Source of the DNA: an uncultured Spirochaetaceae bacterium | Lineage (GTDB): Bacteria; Spirochaetota; Spirochaetia; DTKZ01 | NCBI GenBank assembly: GCA_964397655.1 | Contig: CAYNKA010000002.1 | Coordinates: 93,721-157,720, forward strand | Length of the DNA stretch: 64,000 nucleotides | Direction: 5' to 3' | Shown: positions 22,119-31,709 of the stretch, piece after piece | Position numbering within the stretch: position 1 is the stretch's first letter | Layout: every line of letters begins with the position of its first letter | Notes under the pieces: model-generated | The model's input: the letters and a program-made list of their open reading frames with translations, nothing else | What the model was told of the DNA's origin: nothing | Databases searched by the model: none | Position numbers and translations under genes: made by a program

Positions 22119-23375
22119 ATGGAATCGAATTATTACTTCGGAATCTTCAGCTGGATATTCCTCTTTTCGACCTTCGCCGGGCTCGGCATGTTCCTGCTCC
22201 TCCGCCGCCATTGGCGAAGTACCCCCTCGACGAAATATCTCGCCTTTCTCTGCGTAGCGGTCGCGGAATGGGCCTTCGCCTACGTCTTCGAAACCGCGGC
22301 GCTGACCGTCGTGGGGAAACTCTTCTGGGCCCAGATTTCCTACGTCGGAGCGACTACGGCCCCGGTCCTCCTCTTCGCCTATTCAGTCACCGAGGCGGAC
22401 GCGGAACGCTTCTTCAAGCCCGCGTACCGGCTGCTCGTCTGCATCGTTCCGGCGGTCACCCTCCTTCTCGCGTTCACCAACATGAGGCACCGCCTCGTCT
22501 GGACGGACATCGATTTCATTCCCGGTTCGTACATAGCGCTCTACAGCCACGGGGCCTGGTATTGGGTCTTCATCGTCTATTCCTACCTCCTCATTTTCGT
22601 TGGACTCCTGGCCTATTTTCTCTCCATCGCGGGCCTTCCCAAATACTACCGCAACCGCGCCTTCCTGATCTTCTTTTCCCTCCTCCTTCCGTTCGTGGGA
22701 AACGCCATGTACGTCCTCGAAAGGAATCCGCTTCCCGGAATGGACTGGACGCCGATCTTTTTCTCCCTTTCCTGCGGCATCGCTTCCTTCGCCGTGCTGC
22801 GCTTCCGGATTTTCGACCTCGTGCCCGTGGCGAGAAACCTGCTCGTGGAAACCATGGGCGACGGCGTTCTGGTCCTGGACTCGCGGGGGGTGATCCTCGA
22901 CATCAATCCGCCGATGAAGACGATTCTTCCCGGCATCGACGAGAGCGCGATCGGCAGGGTGGCGAAGACCGCGCTGGATCGTTGGCCGATGATCCTGGAG
23001 GCGTTGAACGAGGGAACATTCGAAGTCACGGGCGAAGGCGGAACCGCCTACTACGACGTCGAAAGAACGGCGCTGTGCCTGTCGAAGGGCACGGAATACG
23101 GCGGTCTTTTCGTGTTCCGCGACATCACGGCGAGGAAAAAGCTCGAGTTGGAACGCGAAAAACTCGTCGGCGAGCTCAAGGAAGCCGCGGCTCAGGTGAA
23201 AACGCTCAGCGGACTCCTTCCCATCTGTTCCTCCTGCAAGAAGATCCGCGACGACAGGGGATATTGGCAGGGCGTTGAGAACTACATCGCGAGCCATTCG
23301 GAGGTCGTGTTCACCCACGGCATCTGTCCGGATTGCATGAAAAAGCTGGAAGAAACCTACAAGCACAGGGTCTGA
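22119..23375 (+). CDS. Paralogous 7TM-PAS sensor with the same Cys-rich C-terminal module
   Basis: Same architecture as the upstream gene, with C-terminus LLPICSSCKKIRDDRGYW ... FTHGICPDC. The two genes are separated by only 5 nt. Confidence 0.7.
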   Translation: MESNYYFGIFSWIFLFSTFAGLGMFLLLRRHWRSTPSTKYLAFLCVAVAEWAFAYVFETAALTVVGKLFWAQISYVGATTAPVLLFAYSVTEADAERFFKPAYRLLVCIVPAVTLLLAFTNMRHRLVWTDIDFIPGSYIALYSHGAWYWVFIVYSYLLIFVGLLAYFLSIAGLPKYYRNRAFLIFFSLLLPFVGNAMYVLERNPLPGMDWTPIFFSLSCGIASFAVLRFRIFDLVPVARNLLVETMGDGVLVLDSRGVILDINPPMKTILPGIDESAIGRVAKTALDRWPMILEALNEGTFEVTGEGGTAYYDVERTALCLSKGTEYGGLFVFRDITARKKLELEREKLVGELKEAAAQVKTLSGLLPICSSCKKIRDDRGYWQGVENYIASHSEVVFTHGICPDCMKKLEETYKHRV

Positions 23376-23462
23376 CGCGTCGTAGGATCCGCGACTCCAT
23401 CTCCCAGGTCGGAAACATGCAAGAGGAAATCGATCGGACCGAATCGAAGAAAGGAGCCCTCC

Positions 23463-24515
23463 GTGAAAACGATACGATTCCGCGTTTTTTCAGGAACGGG
23501 AAACAGCCTGCACTTGGCGAGAAGCTTGGCGGCCCGTCTCGAAACGCTGGGGTGCAGGACGGAATTCGTCGAGATAGGAAAGCACGATCGGGAACCGGCG
23601 GCTCCGGCTGCAAGATCCGCCGAAGACATCGACGCCTTCGTCTTCCCGGTCTACGCGCTCTCCGTTCCCCGTATCGTGAAGCGATACCTGCGCGCCTTGG
23701 GAGCGCAGACTCCTCTTCCCGGCGGGCCGAAACCCGGGGCGGCGGTCCTCACGACGAACGGGCGGATCAGCGCGAAATTCCGCGACGGCCACGAGGGAGC
23801 TGCCCTCTTCGGGGCCGACCGCCTCCTGAGGCGGCTCGGCTGGGACGTCGTCATGCGGGAGACCTTCGATTATCCGCAGAGCATCACCAACCTGATACCG
23901 CCCCAGGCCGACGATCGCCGGACCGCCATTCTCTCGGCGACCCGGCCCCGAATCGAATCGGCGGCGGAGGATCTCGCCTCCGGGAACCGCAGGCTCAGGC
24001 CCTGCAGGCCCGTCTTCCGCGTCCTCGGCGCCGCGGTGGGCTGGGTTTTCTCCGTCGTCGGCCGAAGGTTCCTCGCCCTCCTCTTCGCCGCCGACGGCCG
24101 CTGCGACGGCTGCTCGCTTTGCGCCGATCGCTGCCCCGCCGGGGCGATCGCGATGGTCCACGGAAGACCCCGTTGGACCTGGGACTGCGAATGCTGCGAG
24201 CGCTGCATAAACCGATGTCCCCGAAAGGCGATCCAGGCTTCGATCGTCCGCATCGCGGTCATGGCAGCAGTCTTCGAGGTGGTCGGTGCGCTGCGGCCGT
24301 TCCTCGACTCCGCGCTGCGGCCTCTGCCCGGCCTCGTGCCGAAGATCGTCTGGGTCCCCCTTTCGGTCTTCCTCGGCCTTGCCCTTTTTCGGCTCGCGGA
24401 CTATGCGATCCTCGCCCTTTCCTGCGTCCCCGGAATGAGGCCTCTCCTCGCCTTCGGCTGGACCAGGTGGTTCAGAAGATATAGGGGATTGGAAAATTCA
24501 GTGGAAGACATGTAA
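23463..24515 (+). CDS. EFR1-family ferredoxin (flavodoxin-like domain plus 2x[4Fe-4S] domain) with a hydrophobic C-terminus
   Basis: Two CxxCxxCxxxCP motifs (CDGCSLCADRCP, CECCERCINRCP) after a flavodoxin-like N-terminus (RVFSGTGNS). Confidence 0.65.
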   Translation: MKTIRFRVFSGTGNSLHLARSLAARLETLGCRTEFVEIGKHDREPAAPAARSAEDIDAFVFPVYALSVPRIVKRYLRALGAQTPLPGGPKPGAAVLTTNGRISAKFRDGHEGAALFGADRLLRRLGWDVVMRETFDYPQSITNLIPPQADDRRTAILSATRPRIESAAEDLASGNRRLRPCRPVFRVLGAAVGWVFSVVGRRFLALLFAADGRCDGCSLCADRCPAGAIAMVHGRPRWTWDCECCERCINRCPRKAIQASIVRIAVMAAVFEVVGALRPFLDSALRPLPGLVPKIVWVPLSVFLGLALFRLADYAILALSCVPGMRPLLAFGWTRWFRRYRGLENSVEDM

Positions 24516-24874
24516 TTAAATTCTACGCTTTTTATTTTTAAAACGTAACTATGGTTACGCAGATAAAGCGATTTCAGTTACATTTTTGTTTTTTCAATTA
24601 GGATAATTCCCCCTCATTATTTCTATCTTCAATCCAAATCAAAACTTAATTATTTTCAAAAAATATTGGCACACCATTTGCGGAAGAAAGAGCGAAGAAA
24701 TTTCTTGCAATTTCGAAACAAGGAGGAGAAAATGAAAGAAATAATTCTGCATCGAGGTTTTATCAAGAGATAAAAGAATTAAATCCATTGAATAAAAAGC
24801 AAAAATAACCATCGGTTCCGCGAACCATTTTGAAGGCAAGCGGCAACGAAAATTCCACATAGGGGAAAGAAAAC

Positions 24875-25789
24875 ATGAGACTGAAATACAGAAAAGTCGA
24901 TTTACTCATATCGTTCAAACGATACGTTACTTTTTCCATCCCTCCCGTTTTCATTCTGCGGACTGTATTAGGAAAAGAACTCCACCACCTGGTTTGTCTT
25001 TTCCGTGATCGAAGATGCACCGATTGCAGCTTGAAGCATACGTGTGCCTACTCCTGGATATTCGAAACGCTGATTGACAAGAACACAGCAGCGCTCGCAG
25101 GACGAGACAGGGCGAGCCATCCTTTTCTGCTTTCAACACATGCAAACCTCGGCGACAGGACAAAGAACCTTACAGCTACACTTACGCTCATCGGCAAAGG
25201 GATCGACTACCTCCCCTACCTCTATTATGCGTTGGTCCGTGCTGGAAAGGCAGGAATATTTAAAGAGAGAATTCCATTCGACATAACCGACATTCTATCG
25301 GAAGGGAAATCCATACTGCTCGGCGAGAACGGAATTGACACAGAACGAGGGATAAAGATCTGGGACTCACATCTGGAAGAATCGGGATTCTTAGGGAGAA
25401 AAAGGATAAGCATTCTTACTCCGCTTCGTCTCAAGATTCATGGAGAATACGTCCTGGATTTCCAATTCGAAGATTTACTCCATGCTCTCCAAAGACGGGT
25501 CGACATCCTTACATCACTTTTCGGCGAGGATGCGGGAACCGTCCTTCAGCCGTGCCATTCAACCGAAGTGAGAATTTTCGCCAAGAACCTCAAATGGGTC
25601 GACCTGGATTATTACTCTTCCCGGCAAAGAGAGCTCCTCAAGTTCGGGGGGCTCGTGGGGGAAATCGAAACCGAGGGTCGATTCAGCGGCAAGGAACTTG
25701 CTCTCCTACGGTTCGGCGAATTGTTTCACATAGGAAAAAACGCGGCATTCGGGCTGGGCAAGATAAGGGTGGAAGGGATAGGAGGATAG
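24875..25789 (+). CDS. cas6: CRISPR-associated endoribonuclease Cas6
   Basis: C-terminal glycine-rich loop GKNAAFGLGKIRVEG. It is the first gene of the low-GC cas island. Confidence 0.8.
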   Translation: MRLKYRKVDLLISFKRYVTFSIPPVFILRTVLGKELHHLVCLFRDRRCTDCSLKHTCAYSWIFETLIDKNTAALAGRDRASHPFLLSTHANLGDRTKNLTATLTLIGKGIDYLPYLYYALVRAGKAGIFKERIPFDITDILSEGKSILLGENGIDTERGIKIWDSHLEESGFLGRKRISILTPLRLKIHGEYVLDFQFEDLLHALQRRVDILTSLFGEDAGTVLQPCHSTEVRIFAKNLKWVDLDYYSSRQRELLKFGGLVGEIETEGRFSGKELALLRFGELFHIGKNAAFGLGKIRVEGIGG

Positions 25790-25793
25790 CTTA

Positions 25794-26738
25794 ATGGAAT
25801 TCTATACCACAAGATTTAAAAGCAAAGCAGAGATTACATACACCATTGAAGTCGTGACTCCTCTTTTTCTAGGAGGAGCGGACCCTGATAATCCAGAGCT
25901 CCGCGCAGCCCCTTTCAAAGGCATACTCCGTTTTTGGTGGAGAGCCCTCTATGGTAGCAACTGTATTGATGACATTAAGAAACGGGAGACAGAAATATTC
26001 GGATCGACGAAGGAAAAATCGAAACTTTCGATATCGGTCCATCCATCAGAAATTAAAACTGGAAGCAGGCTTCCTCCGGGTGATCAATATATTGCAAATC
26101 ATAATGGGGGACAGAAACAAGGCGACATTCTCAAGTACCTGAGCATTGGGGTCTGGAAGCGGAACTTCATTGAATCAGGAAGTAGTTTTTCATTGACTAT
26201 CACATCTCCAGAAACAGAAGTCGAAAACATACGAACCAGTCTGGATTACTTTTTTAATTTGCATGGCATAGGTTCAAAAAGCAGAAATGGTTTCGGCTGT
26301 TTACAGAATAAAAACGCTCAGAAAGCCAAAATTGAATTCCATGACGACTTGAAAAAATACACGGCAATATCAAGGGAAGCGAAACTGTTTCAGACAAACG
26401 AGACCTTTTCATCCTGGGACAAAGCCTTATCTGATATAGGTATAAAATATTACAAAGCAAGGCAAAGCCTTGAGAAGCCTCACTCATATTATCGAAGGAG
26501 CCTCATAGGAAAACCTATAGTAACAGCAAACGATAGTAGAATAAGAAACGGAAGACATTCTAAACCGTATTTTCTCCATGTAATCAAACTCGCGGATAAT
26601 AAGTATAGAGGACAGATTTTATTCCTACCCTATGAATACCATGAAAAAGAGCAACGAGAATCTTATTTTAGAGCTTGCATGGATATGAATGATAAGCTTT
26701 CCAGCTTGTTTTCCATGAATCAAGGGGGCGACAAATGA
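25794..26738 (+). CDS. cmr1: Type III-B Cmr1 (RAMP)
   Basis: RAMP signature FKGILRFWWRAL. Positioned between cas6 and cas10. Confidence 0.75.
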   Translation: MEFYTTRFKSKAEITYTIEVVTPLFLGGADPDNPELRAAPFKGILRFWWRALYGSNCIDDIKKRETEIFGSTKEKSKLSISVHPSEIKTGSRLPPGDQYIANHNGGQKQGDILKYLSIGVWKRNFIESGSSFSLTITSPETEVENIRTSLDYFFNLHGIGSKSRNGFGCLQNKNAQKAKIEFHDDLKKYTAISREAKLFQTNETFSSWDKALSDIGIKYYKARQSLEKPHSYYRRSLIGKPIVTANDSRIRNGRHSKPYFLHVIKLADNKYRGQILFLPYEYHEKEQRESYFRACMDMNDKLSSLFSMNQGGDK

Positions 26739-29461
26739 TTTTCGGATGTGATGAGCGGATCTACTGGGAAAATAAAGTAATCGCCTACCTTCATGACTCA
26801 CCAGACAAGATCTTCTGGATACCAGGCCATGAAGAACGAGCCGGGAAACTGCTTGACGCTCTCGGCCTGCAAAAACCGAATTCTGAATCTTATAAAATCG
26901 CCGATGCGGTCGCTTCAGGTTTCGAAAGGGGCTATTTGCCTTCCCACTCGAAAAACGCTAATAAGAATGGTGCGATTTCTCTGCTTGAATGCCCATTCTT
27001 AACCCATCCGATTTCGAAGATGCAGCCCCTTCGATTGAGTTTTCCCGAAGGCGTTCCTCATTCGAACGATGAGACCGCATCGAAAGACGCCGCAGAAAAA
27101 GTTTCCGCAGGTCTCATAGAATTCATGAAAAAAGCTCTGGAAAATGAGCCAGGATTGAAACACGGAGAGGAATCGTATGCAAAACGTTTGTTTTTCTTTA
27201 TCCATTTAGTTCTTCGTTTCAAGCTATCATCGGAAAACATCTGTGGTCTCGGCGCTTTCTGGCATAGAATTCCCGCGGATACTCGCATACCGGATCACTC
27301 GATCTGGCAGCACAACGCACTCACCGCTGCCCTCAGTTCAAGTGCCGATTTGAGTAAAGGGCTCGAAGATGTCGCGCTGATGACATACACCATTACACCC
27401 GTTCAATCCTATATAAACTGCGCGAGAAGGCTACGAGACTATTGGACCGGCTCCGTTATTCTATCCTGGCTCGCTTTCGAAGGACTCGCATGTGTCATGG
27501 AAAACCTCGGACCCGATCACATACTCTATCCTTCCCTGATAGATCAGCCTCTCGTACGCCGATACCTGGAAAAAAAGTATCAATTTTTCGGAGCAGGCTC
27601 ATCCCCCTATCCGTACTCGGCAGCGGAAACGATCGCTTCTTTTCCAAATAAGTTCGTCTGTCTCATACCATTCGAACATGCTGAGAAAATCGCATCGGAA
27701 CTAAAAAAACACATAGATTCTCAATGGAAGGCTCTATCACAAAATACCAGCTCCTATTTATCTAAGATTATGAATGAAAAACTCGACAAAGAATCAATAG
27801 AATTTCTAACCAAACAATTCGAGAAGCAAACCGAAGGATTTTGGAATCACGACTGGGCGGCGGTACGATTGTTGAAAGAAACTGACCACAAAAGCGTAGT
27901 GGAACTGCTCCCAGAAGCTCGATACAAAGCGTACTATGAGACGATAAGCATTTTTTCCGATGTAGCCTCATTCCAGAACGATCCGAAGTCCGGAATGGGA
28001 TTGCTGTATGGTCCCACACACTCTCTATCCCAGGTAGCCCTATCTGCCGCCAAAGGAATAAAACGGAACAATCGACCAAACGAACAGGGAGAGAAATGCA
28101 TCCAGTGCGGAGAATTCGAAGTGCTTCATTTGAATTCCCAACATGAGCACATGAAAGCCCGAGACTACACGGAGGAGATCCGATCGTTTTGGCGCACGCT
28201 GAGGTATTCCTGGCCCAACGAGCTCGACTTTCGCGGAGAAGGAAACGAGCGCCTCTGTGCTAACTGTTTTATCAAGCGAGTAGCATATAAAGTGGTGGAA
28301 GCGGATGAAAATCACATTCTTTATTCAACATTCGCGGGACAGGACCGTTTCCCTTCGACGACAGAATTATCTTTGTATTCTTTTTTCAAAAGAAACAACA
28401 TTACTTTGTCCGATGTAAAGAGAAAAAAAGCACAAAATATCTACGAAGGCGAAGAAGGCGATACCGACATTAGGGATCATTACTATGCCATTTTATACAT
28501 GGACGGAGATAAAATGGGAAAACTCGTCGGTGGAGCCACCATCGGAGCGGAATGGGAATCAGTATTGCAAAAACCTCTTGTCGACAGATTGAAGAGTCCC
28601 AATTTCGAGACAAAATATCATTCATGTTGGAAAAAACTCTTCGATAAAAAGAGCAAACGTCTTCTCACTCCCGCCATCCATTCAGCGATATCCGAGTCCT
28701 TGGGGGACTTCGCTCTGTACGGAGTAGCGCCGATCATCGACAAGTACGAAGGAAAACTTATCTATGCGGGAGGCGACGATGTTTGCGCCGTACTTCCCAT
28801 CGACAACGCAATTGTGGCGGCTCGTGAAATTCGCGCATACTACCATCAGGCCTTTCAATTAGTGGGTGAAAAAGGGACAGGAAAGGCGATCGAAGAATGG
28901 GGTGGCGAACAAGGGAAAATATCAATCGGCTTAGGAATCTCAGACGGCATATCAATTTCCGGAGCGATCCTTCTTTGTCATCATAAAGAAGGCCTGAAAA
29001 GCATGCTCACAAGAGCGCATGATCTGCTTAATGAAACAGCAAAAAAACAAGGAGGCCGCGACTGTCTCGCGGTGGAACTCTTCAAACGATCGGGCGGCTC
29101 GCGAATATTCTATCGAAAATGGGACGACGAGGATGCAGGGTGGAAGGCCTTCGGTATGGTACATGATGCTCTGAATGCCATAGAAAATCCTCAAAAACTT
29201 TCTCGTTCTCTCATTTACAATCTATCCGAATACGCCCCAGCATTGACAGCAATAATTAACACAAAAGAAAGGCCGGAAATACGCCTGGAGCAATTCATAG
29301 CCGCCCAAATCGAACGATCGGCAGTAAAAACGGCGGACAGGACAGAGTTAGCGAAGAGCATAGTGAAACTCATCTGGAATAAAAGCAATAAACAAAATCC
29401 TATCGGAACGGAAGGCCTCGTTATAGCCGCATTCCTCGCGGGGAAGGAGGAAAAGAAATGA
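26735..29461 (+). CDS. cas10: Cas10/Cmr2 large subunit (N-terminal HD-like region and GGDD cyclase palm)
   Basis: Length 908 aa. GGDD palm motif (LIYAGGDDVCAVLP), N-terminal H-D (AYLHDSPDK), and a zinc-finger-like CIQCG ... CANC. Confidence 0.9.
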   Translation: MIFGCDERIYWENKVIAYLHDSPDKIFWIPGHEERAGKLLDALGLQKPNSESYKIADAVASGFERGYLPSHSKNANKNGAISLLECPFLTHPISKMQPLRLSFPEGVPHSNDETASKDAAEKVSAGLIEFMKKALENEPGLKHGEESYAKRLFFFIHLVLRFKLSSENICGLGAFWHRIPADTRIPDHSIWQHNALTAALSSSADLSKGLEDVALMTYTITPVQSYINCARRLRDYWTGSVILSWLAFEGLACVMENLGPDHILYPSLIDQPLVRRYLEKKYQFFGAGSSPYPYSAAETIASFPNKFVCLIPFEHAEKIASELKKHIDSQWKALSQNTSSYLSKIMNEKLDKESIEFLTKQFEKQTEGFWNHDWAAVRLLKETDHKSVVELLPEARYKAYYETISIFSDVASFQNDPKSGMGLLYGPTHSLSQVALSAAKGIKRNNRPNEQGEKCIQCGEFEVLHLNSQHEHMKARDYTEEIRSFWRTLRYSWPNELDFRGEGNERLCANCFIKRVAYKVVEADENHILYSTFAGQDRFPSTTELSLYSFFKRNNITLSDVKRKKAQNIYEGEEGDTDIRDHYYAILYMDGDKMGKLVGGATIGAEWESVLQKPLVDRLKSPNFETKYHSCWKKLFDKKSKRLLTPAIHSAISESLGDFALYGVAPIIDKYEGKLIYAGGDDVCAVLPIDNAIVAAREIRAYYHQAFQLVGEKGTGKAIEEWGGEQGKISIGLGISDGISISGAILLCHHKEGLKSMLTRAHDLLNETAKKQGGRDCLAVELFKRSGGSRIFYRKWDDEDAGWKAFGMVHDALNAIENPQKLSRSLIYNLSEYAPALTAIINTKERPEIRLEQFIAAQIERSAVKTADRTELAKSIVKLIWNKSNKQNPIGTEGLVIAAFLAGKEEKK

Positions 29462-30414
29462 TCTGGTACGAAATCACACCATCCGATACATTTTATTTTC
29501 GTGGCGCGGAATCCATGGACATGGGAAGCGATCATAGTGCCTCTTCCCTTTTTCCTCCTCCTCTATCGGTTTTTCGGGGTGCTATCAGGACTACAGTATT
29601 GCGCCAAAGAGGAGTCGCATTTCAAGATTTCAACAACGGAAAGGCTCCGGCGGAAATCACGGAATTGATCGGCCAATCGGACGCGGAAGTACTTCCTTTT
29701 TCGATCATCGGACCGCTTTTCCGAAAAAACGGCGAATACTTCCTTCCAGCTCCCTATAGTTGGTATCAAGACGACAATAAACAGCCACCTGAACTGCCTA
29801 CAGTACTTTTTTCCAAGATATGTTCTTTCGACGGCATCAAATCGAGCAAACCGCTTCGCTGGGTAAAGGCGCCCGAGAAGGAACTAAAATCACTCGGGGG
29901 AAACTGGTTACGTGCAAAAGATCTTTTCCAAAACAACGGCCAAAGGATGCCTATTCTGTCACCAGATCATTTTTTTGTAGTAGAAAAAAGAACCGGAATA
30001 GCACGAGACCAATCAGGAATGGCACGGAGAGGACACTTATATACCTTCGAGCATATGAGACTCCTGGAAGACGTTTCAATAGTAATCGGCATCGACAAGG
30101 AAGTTGGTCTCAGCTGCACAGGAACGTTGTTTATCGGAGCAGAACGAAGATTCGCCTTCTATAAAAAAATAGACGGGCCAAAATTCAGAGACTGTACGAA
30201 TTCTAATGAGTATCTCGCTCTTTCGCCTGTCGAAGCGAATGAGGAGTCGAACAAAGCGGTACTCGCAACAGGTAAAATTCTCTATATCGGAGGATGGGAC
30301 CTTCACATCGGTTTCCACAAGCCAATGAAAGGATATTTTCCCTCGGGAAGCGTCTTCTCTCGGAAAATAAGCGACCAGTGTATCGAACTGCCTGTAAATA
30401 AGGAGGAGGATTGA
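29458..30414 (+). CDS. cmr3: Type III-B Cmr3
   Basis: Position in the operon and Cmr3-like N-terminus (ITPSDTFYFRGAES). Length 318 aa. Confidence 0.75.
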   Translation: MIWYEITPSDTFYFRGAESMDMGSDHSASSLFPPPLSVFRGAIRTTVLRQRGVAFQDFNNGKAPAEITELIGQSDAEVLPFSIIGPLFRKNGEYFLPAPYSWYQDDNKQPPELPTVLFSKICSFDGIKSSKPLRWVKAPEKELKSLGGNWLRAKDLFQNNGQRMPILSPDHFFVVEKRTGIARDQSGMARRGHLYTFEHMRLLEDVSIVIGIDKEVGLSCTGTLFIGAERRFAFYKKIDGPKFRDCTNSNEYLALSPVEANEESNKAVLATGKILYIGGWDLHIGFHKPMKGYFPSGSVFSRKISDQCIELPVNKEED

Positions 30415-31316
30415 CCATGAATAAGAACGAATTATCAGCTATGTTGACGTTTTATGCCGTATCCCCGATTCATGCCGGAAGCGGTGCAAGCATAAGTGCG
30501 ATAGACCTTCCCATCCAGCGAGAACGGCATACAAACTGGCCGCACGTGCAAGCGAGTGCAGTGAAGGGAGCACTCCGGAGTCATTTCCGCAACCATGCCG
30601 GGGACGATGTACAGTATATCAATCTCGTCTTCGGTTCCGACGGAGACAACGATAAATACGCCATAGGAAACAAAGACCTGCCAGGCGCCATTTCCGTATC
30701 CGACGCGAGACTGTTCGCTTTCCCTGTGAGATCGAACGTCGCTCCTTTCGTCTGGGTTACCTGCCCTGCGGTCTTGAATCGCCTGGGGCGAGATTTACAG
30801 TTTCTTGGAAACGGAGAAAAGGAACTCGGAAAAAAATCGGAGTTAATAGGAGACACGGCTATCAGCATCAGTCCTTTTCAGGGCACAGCAGATAACAAAG
30901 TACTCCTCGAAGACGCAGTCGTCGAAATAAAAAATCAGATGGAATCTCCCTTGCTCTCAGGCATTTTCCCAGAGTTGGATCGTCTTATCCTCATTTCCGA
31001 CGAACTTTATAACTACTTGGTCGGGAATTGCACGGAAATCCAGACTCAGATAAAGATATCCAGCTCAACCGGAACCGCTCAAGATGGGGCACTTCGGTAT
31101 CAAGAACTGCTCCCTTCCGACAGCGTTCTCTACTCAATAGTCTATTTCAGTGCATCAGCGATGCCGTCCGAAGAGAGTAATATAAAACAACTCCAAGTCT
31201 CGGAAGTAAAGAATGCCGTCATGAAGGCTATAGCAGGTTTTGTCCAAATGGGAGGCGATCAAACCCTGGGACGGGGGATCTGTAAAACTAGTTGGCTCGA
31301 AGGAGGACAGCAATGA
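30411..31316 (+). CDS. cmr4: Type III-B Cmr4 (Cas7 backbone subunit)
   Basis: Motifs VSPIHAGSG and ASAVKGALRSHF, and a G-rich C-terminus. Length 301 aa. Confidence 0.85.
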   Translation: MTMNKNELSAMLTFYAVSPIHAGSGASISAIDLPIQRERHTNWPHVQASAVKGALRSHFRNHAGDDVQYINLVFGSDGDNDKYAIGNKDLPGAISVSDARLFAFPVRSNVAPFVWVTCPAVLNRLGRDLQFLGNGEKELGKKSELIGDTAISISPFQGTADNKVLLEDAVVEIKNQMESPLLSGIFPELDRLILISDELYNYLVGNCTEIQTQIKISSSTGTAQDGALRYQELLPSDSVLYSIVYFSASAMPSEESNIKQLQVSEVKNAVMKAIAGFVQMGGDQTLGRGICKTSWLEGGQQ

Positions 31317-31708
31317 AATCTTTATCCCAGAAACGGGCCGATTTCGCTCTTGAGATTGTTCTAAAATCATTTACTAATAATAAAAGTAAAGAAATGAAAA
31401 AGGAGTTCAAGAGCTTTGCGGCAGGAACGCCGGCGATGATTTTACAAAATGGTTTCGGTCTTTCCATGGCCTTTCTCCTGGCTAAGCGTGACGAAAAGTA
31501 CAAGGAAGTTTACAAGGCAGTCAAAGAATGGGTAACAAAGAAATGTGAACTGACAAAAGGTCTCTTCACCCAGGAAAATATAGGGGAGGAGGTCTTCATA
31601 CAAGCCCTCAACAAAATGGAGCAGCGGGAATACCTGGCTGTACAAGACGAGGCTGTAAAAATTCTCGAATGGATTAAGCGATATGCCGCAGCTTTCACGG
31701 AGGAATGA
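31313..31708 (+). CDS. cmr5: Type III-B Cmr5 (small alpha-helical subunit)
   Basis: About 131 aa and helical (RADFALEIVL). Shares an ATGA overlap with the cmr4 stop. Confidence 0.8.
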   Translation: MKSLSQKRADFALEIVLKSFTNNKSKEMKKEFKSFAAGTPAMILQNGFGLSMAFLLAKRDEKYKEVYKAVKEWVTKKCELTKGLFTQENIGEEVFIQALNKMEQREYLAVQDEAVKILEWIKRYAAAFTEE

Positions 31709-31709
31709 T

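Noticed and set aside
24480-24530. Looked for a direct repeat of the tRNA-Phe 3' end at the far island boundary (att-site signature)
   Set aside because: No tRNA-derived repeat was recognizable by eye. The island also lies on the 5' side of the tRNA, so no integrase-mediated insertion is claimed.
24732-24773. 13-aa ORF (MKEIILHRGFIKR) with a perfect AGGAGG ribosome-binding site in the AT-rich island junction
   Set aside because: It is too short to call as a gene from sequence alone. It is mentioned only as a possible leader peptide.
31683-31709. Longer cmr6 start (MPQLSRRND ...) overlapping cmr5 by 26 nt
   Set aside because: The downstream ATG at 31710 has a well-spaced GGAGGA ribosome-binding site and avoids the overlap. 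The longer form is still possible.
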